Position numbers and translations under genes: made by a program. Of a stretch of 32,000 bases of DNA, positions 24,398-32,000 are shown one piece after another. The stretch is from assembly GCF_000400465.1 (NCBI RefSeq), contig NW_008806280.1, forward strand, positions 180,001-212,000, in the 5' to 3' direction. Below the pieces are notes generated by a model. The model saw only the letters and a program-made list of their open reading frames with translations. It did no database searches and was not told the origin of the DNA. How positions within the stretch are numbered: the stretch's first letter is position 1; the number at the start of each line of letters is the position of its first letter. The DNA comes from Wallemia ichthyophaga EXF-994 (taxonomy: Eukaryota; Fungi; Basidiomycota).

Positions 24398-25923
24398 ATG
24401 ACAACTGAATACGCGGGATCGTCAAACGAGGCAGTGGAAATTAGATTGCGTGGGTGCTTAATATGGAATCCTTGCTCTACTAAAATATTGCAGGTAGAAG
24501 CGAGGCTGATGAACGCCAGCTGGAATCCGAGGAAGAGTTGAGGCTGACGCGACCATGGAATCCAACATTCACGTATCCAATATTTGGTACAGAGGAGCAA
24601 ATTTATGGCTATAAGAATCTGAAAGTTACTGTGAGTCAACGCGCACACAGTCTTACACTGGCTTAAACGTCGTCCAGGTTGATATGGCTTCTGGCTCATT
24701 GAAATCTCAACTCAACGTAAATTACGGCGATAAGAAAGAGGATGCTGATAACGTTGTCGACAGTATCAAGGAATATTTACCATTAGGTGGGTTCTTTAGC
24801 CACGGGGAACGTCTTGAGTAACTCGGCGCAGAGGAAGGAGACTTTGAAGAGCTTTTGGACAGAGACGCGCGGGAATTCAAACCTTGCGGTGATCTTATTA
24901 AAACATACACACGCGCGTCCGCAAAATCTCAAGGCAAAGGTAAAGGAAAGAGAAGGAAGGTCGAAACGTCATCAGGATCAGTCGCGGGCGAGGAAGGCGA
25001 TGTTGTGTACGAGATATACAGAGCTAAGTGGGATACTCCCGGCTGGAAAGCTTTTAATAAGCGGATGCAATTCTTTTTGTTGTTGGTAGGTGCTTTTGTC
25101 TCAGATAGAATCAAAGCGTATTGACGTAAAAAGTTTATCGAAGCAGCAAACTATCTCGAAGAAGATGACGACAACTGGGAATTCTTCACTTTGTTCGAGA
25201 AGAGGAGCAGAGATAACGGAGAAAACACATATCACTTCGTTGGATATTCATCTCTTTACTCCTTCTATCACTTCCCTACTGGTCGTAGGCAACGTTTATC
25301 GTATGTTCTTCTTGTTTGATTGAGCATCATTTCTCATTCGCATTCGCTGCAGACAATTCTTCATCTTGCCTCCATATCAAAGACAAAGCCATGCATCTGA
25401 ACTGTATAACGCTATTCGCAGTGATGTGCTGTCTAGACAGGAGATTATTGAATTAGGTGTGGAGGATCCTTCAGAGTCATTTGACGTCCTTCGTGACGTG
25501 AATGATCTTCGTTGGTTGAGCGATGAGCACCTTCTAGACAATAAAACGGCTGCAGACATGAACAGGAATTGGATAGAACAAGAAAGACAAAAGCTTAAAG
25601 TGCCCAAGCGCCAGTTTCTGCGTTTGATCGAGATGCTTCTGCTTCACAAGCTGGATCCAAAGAATCAAGAGCAGTCCAAGAGGTTCAGACTTTTGGTGAG
25701 CTTTAAGTTAACTTGTTCAAAACATTTTAACAGACTCAATAGGTTAAAGATCGTCTTTACAGGTTCAACTACGTAGGTAACTCAGAAAATAGTCAATATA
25801 TCTCACAGTATACAGGAACAATTAATTGGTTTGACGCCAGAAGAGAGGAAAGCTGCTTTACAGCTGACTTATGAAGGTGTTGTTGACAACTACCGTGATG
25901 TACTTCTCAAAAGTCATATCTGA
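24398..25923 (+). CDS. HAT1: Histone acetyltransferase type B catalytic subunit, ~399 aa
   Basis: Eight exons (introns 24450-24493, 24631-24677, 24787-24831, 25086-25133, 25301-25352, 25696-25742, 25773-25815; 1200 nt). SNEAVEIRL; PTFTYPIFGTEEQIYGYKNL; RMQFFLLLFIEAANYLEEDDDNWEFF; RLSQFFILPPYQ; VEDPSESFDVLRDVNDL; VKDRLYRFN. Confidence 0.92.
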
Positions 25924-25998
25924 TGGTTGTGAGAACGAATTACATCTTGCTATACATTACATGAGAAAAGAAATGCAACCGAATTCTAAGAAATTTCC

Positions 25999-27462
25999 TT
26001 ATGTCGCAAAATCCTCACTGGCACTTTCATAATCCGACACATTTGCCTCGTGGACTTCACTGGCAGGTTTGCTATTGGCTGCGTTGGCTGCTACTGAAGC
26101 GTCCAAGGAACGATCAGAACTGAAGTCGAATTTCTTGAAGTCTTGAGAATCTTGAGAGACAATAGAGCCATTCTGCGCATCGGAATTTTCTTGAGCTCTT
26201 TCAGAAGCGTTTTGACCCAGCTTGCTAAATCTAGACATGGCCGTAACTGCTCTAATAGCGCTTCTCCATCTAAGATACCAGTCAGACGAGCTTTGGATCA
26301 CAAAGATCTGCATACTTCTCGCGACTGTTGAATGCATCCCGCAAACCTTCACTCACATCGTGTTCAGAGAGATTTTGATCTTTGAACCACTGGAAATGTT
26401 AGATGGATCAGGAAGGAAGGAATGTAAATACCTGGTGGTTGAGCGCTTGCTCAGCTGTGAGTCTTTTGGATGGGTCGGGTTGCAACAGAGCTTTAACAAA
26501 GTCCTTTGCTGGAGTGGAGTTAGAGTGCACGGAGATGAGGTTGTGACTCACCATGATCGCTGACTTTAGACCAGTATCTTTCGTGGAACTCAATCTTTCC
26601 TCTGTTAGTTTCTTTAATCAACTCACTCAGTTCTTCAGAACGGAAGGGAGAGTAACCACATAATAAGACATAAGTGACGACACCGATGGCCCAGAGGTCA
26701 ACAGGCTTACTGTGAGCATCGTTGTTGAGTATCTCTGGAGCAGCATAACCGACAGAGCCAGCAAGTGAGGTAATTTGAGCGTTATGACTGTCTAAACGCT
26801 GAGAAATACCAAAATCGGCAATAACAACGCCAGAGCCAGCATCTTTACTTTTGTAGAGAATATTTTCAGGTTTTATATCGCGATGCACGACATTATTTGA
26901 GTGCATATATGCAGTAGCATCGACAATAGACATGATAACGGTCGCAGCGTTTTTCTCCTGGGATGGAGAGTTAGGGGAATTGAAAGACAAGTCAAATAAA
27001 GCAATACTCACGGTAAACCTTCCCTTACGAGCGATTCTATCAAATAGCTCACCGCCAGTGGCAAGTTGGAAACTGAGGTACCAAGTGTCTCTCGATTCAT
27101 ACCACTCGTAGAAAGAAACGATATTGGGATGATTAAGATGTTTGAGTAGATTAGTCTCATCAAATATGGCACTCTCATTCCCCTGAGCCTTTTTCTTGGA
27201 AATCACTTTAACGGCAACGTCCTGCTTTCCATCTGGATGGTTATCCCACTCGGCTCGTACGACCTATAACGATTAGATAGACAGATATAAAAACACCAGC
27301 CCCACCTTTCCAAATGCACCTTCTCCTAACTGTGCGTGTGTGTGTCTGTGTAAGCTGTGTTTCGGTGGCAGCGTATTTCCTCACAACTTCACCAAAATTG
27401 TAGCTCTTCTTCTTGTAATAAGATTCTGGTTGTGGCAGCAATGTGTCCCTTAAAAAACCCAT
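25999..27462 (-). CDS. Calcium/calmodulin-dependent protein kinase (CaMK1/Cmk-type), ~393 aa
   Basis: Introns 27330-27384, 27264-27305, 26958-27011, 26509-26551, 26390-26431, 26270-26315 (1182 nt). LGEGAFGKV, VAVK, HRDIKPEN, ADFG, GSVGYAAPE, DLWAIG; calmodulin-binding-type segment KWRSAIRAVTAMSRF. Confidence 0.92.
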
Positions 27463-27530
27463 AAATCCAAGACCGTGATAAGCGTGATGGCCGTGTGTGT
27501 TGAACCTTGGCTGCGCTACATCATCATCTT
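27463..27530. promoter_or_regulatory. 68-bp divergent (bidirectional) intergenic region between the CaM kinase gene and CET1
   Basis: Minus-strand ATG at 27462 and plus-strand ATG at 27531; contains CGTG three times at a 9-nt period. Confidence 0.6.
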
Positions 27531-28736
27531 ATGAGCAGCGACAGCGACAATAGCGCAAACGATTTTGTTGGGAAACGTAAATCACCACCAGTGGATTCTC
27601 AGGAAATCCAAAACTCAGCAAAACGCCCAAACGATTCTGTTGGGAAGCGTAAATCACCACCCGTGGATTCTCAGGAAATCCAAAACTCAGCAAAACGCCC
27701 AAGAGTAGAACCTATGGATACCATTAAGATGGAGAAGAACATGTTTGGTCTTGATCCGAGCGATGAATTCATTAAAGAGATTTCCGATTGGATTTGGTTA
27801 AAGACCAAGAATTGCAAGCATAAAGTTGAGGTTGGTGGGCTTAGAATCACGTAGATATAGCTGAGACGGCTTGATTAGGTGGAGGCCAAAGTTGGACGAT
27901 TTTTAGATCAAAGTGCGCAGAGAGCAGGATTGCCTGTCGCAGTAGAGACCATTCTCTCTAATACAGACGGTTTAAAGTTTGAGTCGAATATGACAGAGGT
28001 GTGTTTATCTCACATGCTATATTCCATTCAATTGCACTCCTCACACAGAATCAGGCTCAACATAAGCATTACAATGGAATTCTCAATAAACGCGCATCGC
28101 AACTAAATCAAAACTTGCGTAGTAAAATAGACTGTGTCCACAATAAAGAGATAGACTCATTTCATTCGTCCGGTCGTGGCTCAGGTAAGGTTCGTGTAAC
28201 TAGAGATCAGGGCAAGACGGATATCAAAGAAATGATTGAAAAGGTGCGCGTAGCAGATTTGGCTATTTACTCACCCAAGAGGCTCTTCGATTGGAGGTTA
28301 AGCATAAACATGGAAGTGCCGCGTATGTTTAACCTAATTAATCCTCTGAGGAAGCCATGACACCATGTTTAGATAACGACCTGCCGAAACAAGACCCTTA
28401 TTATCAACGGAAAAAAGATAGAATGAGCTACACACAGCAGGAGATGCAAGTCGACCTAACGCAAGTATTTGCGAGGCCCGGTGAAGTGAGTCGGAGTTGT
28501 TTGTACAATGCTCTCGCTGACGCTGATTACAGCCACCGACGCACGAGCTCGAGCTTGAGATACGTAGGCCTAAATTTCTCATGGAAGAAGGCAAAAAACG
28601 CGAGCGAGGATTACCAAACATGTGTAAGCTCTATCGCACGCGTTTGTAATGACGTAAACTAAGAAAAATCCAAGACGACGAGTTAATCAAAGTATTTGTG
28701 AGCAACATAAGGATGCTTGTTAGGAATGGGATTTGA
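27531..28736 (+). CDS. CET1: mRNA capping RNA 5'-triphosphatase (CYTH/triphosphate-tunnel fold), short Pct1-like form, ~319 aa
   Basis: Introns 27831-27878, 27999-28048, 28323-28372, 28486-28532, 28624-28674 (960 nt). Motif A EVEAKVG; RVTRD; KVRVADLAIYSP..DWRLSINMEVP; RKKDRMSY; VDLTQV; motif C HELELE; C-terminus YDELIKVFVSNIRMLVRN. Confidence 0.9.
27558..27701 (+). repeat. Tandem duplication of a 72-nt (24-codon) unit in the CET1 N-terminal region
   Basis: Copies 27558-27629 and 27630-27701 differ at 3 positions (TTT/TCT, AAA/AAG, CCA/CCC); peptide ND[F/S]VGKRKSPPVDSQEIQNSAKRP twice. Confidence 0.97.
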
Positions 28737-29060
28737 ATTTATCTTGATGTAGCAAATATATTTTCTAACTCACGTAAAAAATTCACATTATTAAGTTGAG
28801 AACGCGTCTCAAAACCATCTTCATCATTATCAATCAACGGCATTTATCCAAGATAAAATAAATGTGAGTGAATTGATATATTCACGCGTATAATTACTCA
28901 CAGTATCTTACCAGCTAATTTCATATCGCCACGATGTCCGGAATGACAGTACGTCGATTGACGCGTCCAGCGTTCTTGACTAACATATGCACAAGGTTTT
29001 TAAGCGCGACGGCCGTAAAGAAAGCGTAGCCTTTGATAAGTGGGTTTTTCTAACACGCGT
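28638..29060. promoter_or_regulatory. Cluster of five MluI cell-cycle boxes (ACGCGT) at the RNR1 5' end
   Basis: Exact ACGCGT at 28638, 28802, 28884, 28961, 29055. RNR large-subunit genes are established MBF/MCB targets in ascomycete yeasts; function in this organism is inferred. Confidence 0.75.
28864..28914 (+). other. Predicted 5'UTR intron of RNR1
   Basis: Strong donor GTGAGT at 28864, branch-like TACTCAC near 28895-28901, acceptor CAG ending 28914 (51 nt; alternative CAG ending 28903). Ends 19 nt before the ATG. Confidence 0.55.
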
Positions 29061-31814
29061 AACCGTCTCTAAACGTGATTTTCAGAATCACAGCGAGAAT
29101 CAATAAGCTTTGCTATGGACTTGATTCAAATCACGTAGACCCAATTGAGATTACAAAGAAGGTCGTACAAGGTGTTCACCAGGGCATCACCACCGTCGAG
29201 CTCGACAATTTAGCTGCCGAAACGGCTGCATACCTCACTGTAAAAGTAGGTTGGTCACTGTACAATCATATACCCACGAATCTCACATCCATCACTAGCA
29301 CCCTGATTACGCTGTACTCGCAGCTAGAATAGCCATTTCAAACTTACACAAGGAAACCAAGAAGGCTTTTTCGGCTGTTATCGAAGATCTCTACAAATAT
29401 GTAAATCCAAGAAATGGCAAGCCAGGTCCACTTATTAGCGACGAGACGTATGATATAATAATGAAAAACCGCGGCGTACTTGACTCTGCTATCCTCTACG
29501 ATCGCGATTTTAACTACAATTTGTGAGTTGGGTTTTGTGCATACTAGCATCCTAACATTCTCATAGCTTTGGTTTTAAGACTCTTGAAAGATCATACCTT
29601 CTTCGTATAAATGGCAAGGTCGCAGAGCGTCCACAGCACATGTTGATGCGTGTAGCAGTTGGAATCCACGGTGCAGACATCGAGCGCGTTATCGAAACTT
29701 ATAACCTTATGTCAATCAAGGCATTTACGCACGCCAGTCCAACCCTCTTCAATGCTGGTACACCACAGCCTCAAATGTCCTCGTGCTTCTTGGTTACTAT
29801 GCAAGACGACTCCATTGAAGGCATTTACGATACTCTCAAGTCTTGTGCCCTTATTTCAAAGACTGCAGGTGGTATCGGTTTAAACATACACTGCATTCGT
29901 GCAACCGGATCTTACATTTCTGGTACTAATGGTTCTTCAAATGGTATCGTACCAATGCTCAGAGCATTTGATGCAACAGCACGTTACGTTGATCAAGGTG
30001 GTAATAAGAGACCTGGTGCTTTTGCCATCTACCTTGAGCCATGGCACCCTGACGTCTTTGAGTTCTTGGATTTGCGTAAAAACCACGGTAAGGAAGAAGT
30101 CAGAGCCCGTGATTTATTCTATGCTTTATGGATACCAGACTTGTTCATGCAACGTGTTCAAGAGAACGGTGACTGGCCTTTGTTCTGCCCACACGAAGCA
30201 CCTGGCTTACATGAGGTTTGGGGTAAAGAATTTGAGCAACTCTTCTTCAAGTACGAGAGAGAAGGTAGATCAAAGAAGGTGGTCAAAGCACAAAAGCTTT
30301 GGTACTCTATTCTCGACTCACAAGTCGAGACTGGTGGTCCATTCATGTTATACAAAGATCACGCAAATGCCAAGTCTAACCAACAAAACCTTGGTACAAT
30401 CAAGAACTCAAACTTGTGCACAGAGATTATTGAATACTCTGCGCCTGACGAAGTTGCCGTGTGTAACCTCGCTTCGATCGCTTTACCATCATACATCAAA
30501 GATCGCAGGTTCGACTTTAAGGAATTGCATAAGGTTACAAAAGTACTTACTCGCAACCTCAACCGTATCATTGATGTGAATTACTATCCAGTAAAGGAGG
30601 CTCGTAACTCTAACATGCGCCATCGTCCAATTGGTTTGGGTGTTCAAGGTCTTGCGGATGCATTCCAACTGTTAAGATTTCCTTTCAGCTCAGAAGAAGC
30701 AAGGTTACTCAACAAGCAAATATTTGAAACCATCTACCACGCTGCCGTTGAATCATCCACAGAACTTGCTACCGAATTCGGTCCATATGAGACTTATCAA
30801 GGCAGTCCAGCTAGCAAGGGACAGTTGCAATATGATTTATGGAATGTTCAACCCACTAATTTATGGGACTGGAATGATTTGAAGCAGAAGGTGGCTCGTT
30901 GTGGTTTGAGAAATTCACTTTTAGTCGCACCAATGCCAACAGCTTCAACATCACAAATATTAGGATTCAATGAGTGCTTTGAACCTTATACATCAAATAT
31001 TTACACAAGAAGAGTTTTATCTGGAGAATTCCAGATAGTAAACCCATGGCTGTTGAAGGACTTGTGTGAGTTGGGATTATGGAATGATGGTATGAAGAAC
31101 AAGATTATTGCGCACGGTGGATCAATTCAGAATATCTCAGAAATTCCATATGAGATCAAGGAACTGTACAAGACGGTTTGGGAAATAAGTCAGAAGGTTG
31201 TCATAGATTTGGCTGCTGATAGAGGGGCGTTCATTGATCAAAGTCAGAGTTTGAATGTTCATTTGGCGTCACCAACCCATGCACAGCTAACATCTATGCA
31301 TTTCTATGCTCACAAGAGAGGATTGAAGACTGGTATGTACTACTTGCGCACACGTCCACAATCAGCAGCTATTCAATTCACTGTCGACAAGGAAGCATTA
31401 GATGAGGCGAAGAGTGCACAAAGTGGCAAGTCAACACCAACAAGTGCACCAACACCACCCAATATACTCAATGGAGTTGAAAGAATGAAGTTGGAGGATA
31501 AGAATAGTAGCACGCGCTCGAATGCAGCGAGAAATGTTTCAACGCCAGTAAGAGCAGCCACCATTTCAAGAGCAGTGAGTGGAATTGAGAATACGTCATC
31601 AATCAAGCGCACGCTGTCTTCTCACATTGACATTGAGAATGATGAGAACAACCAACCAAGAGGAGAAGAAATAGTGGCTGGTGAAGAAACGGAAGATGAA
31701 GATGAAATTGATTTTGAGACAGCCAAAGCGAGAATGGAAGCTAAGCAACTCGAGCAAGAGAAGCTTATTTGTAGCATTGAGAACAAGGAAGCGTGTGTGA
31801 TGTGTAGCGGATGA
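28934..31814 (+). CDS. RNR1: Ribonucleoside-diphosphate reductase large subunit (class Ia), ~896 aa
   Basis: Introns 28949-28995, 29040-29085, 29246-29298, 29523-29566 (2691 nt). ATP-cone start [20 protein letters not shown]; SSCFL; NLCTEI; VCNLAS; PTASTSQ; GMYYLR; C-terminal CVMCSG. Confidence 0.97.
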
Positions 31815-32000
31815 AATTATATATTTTAACGAACTTGAATGTTAATATTTATATTTTACATTTTGTGTCTAGTATTTCCAATACGCCGGTTTAAACGTTG
31901 ATCTGTTTCAACCAAACAATGCAATCGCCGCAATGGAAAATTCATGAGTGAGTTAAATTTACGGCTTTGGATGGTGATTTGATAGTACATTTGTATTTCC

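Noticed and set aside
31400-31760. Long low-complexity insertion before the RNR1 C-terminal CxxC
   Set aside because: A variable C-terminal insertion is an established feature of fungal R1 subunits.
3058-31814. Apparent functional themes (Swp1+UGGT in ER glycosylation; MED31+CTR9+CET1 in Pol II; HD nucleotidase+RNR1+HAT1 in S phase)
   Set aside because: Members are interleaved with unrelated genes and are up to 25 kb apart; themes like these are expected among housekeeping genes. No evidence of a cluster without synteny data.
31856-32000. Edge signals: plus-strand ATG at 31919 with GTGAGT at 31948, or a minus-strand open frame ending at TAA 31856
   Set aside because: The two readings conflict and neither has a recognisable motif; the flanking sequence is needed.

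Overview
Eukaryotic, very gene-dense fungal DNA. Protein sequences, 40-70 nt introns with GTnnGT-type donors and tiny intergenic spaces point to a compact basidiomycete, probably Wallemia-like (inference). I built 13 complete spliced gene models by hand, with 56 coding introns; each exon sum is divisible by 3 and each splice joins conserved motifs in frame. In order: an enolase-superfamily L-galactonate/L-fuconate dehydratase, OST subunit Swp1, an HD-domain 5'-deoxynucleotidase, a Vps39/TGFBRAP1-family protein, MED31, an HbrB/Bit61-type protein, SLH1/ASCC3 helicase, UGGT, CTR9, HAT1, a CaM kinase, CET1 and RNR1. I found no credible tRNA, rRNA, CRISPR array or transposon. The gene content is ordinary housekeeping, and I did not find a new enzymatic system. 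The unusual signal is the architecture. (1) MED31 and the downstream Vps39-family gene appear to overlap by 26 nt on the same strand, with a third co-oriented gene ending 54 bp upstream. (2) Five ACGCGT (MCB) boxes cluster at RNR1; three lie in coding introns (including the last intron of the neighbouring CET1) and one in a predicted 5'UTR intron. (3) Several spacers are about 55 bp, one of them shaped like an intron. (4) Two convergent stop codons are 6 bp apart. (5) AAG acceptors are frequent (8 of 56). All splice models are predictions and need RNA data.
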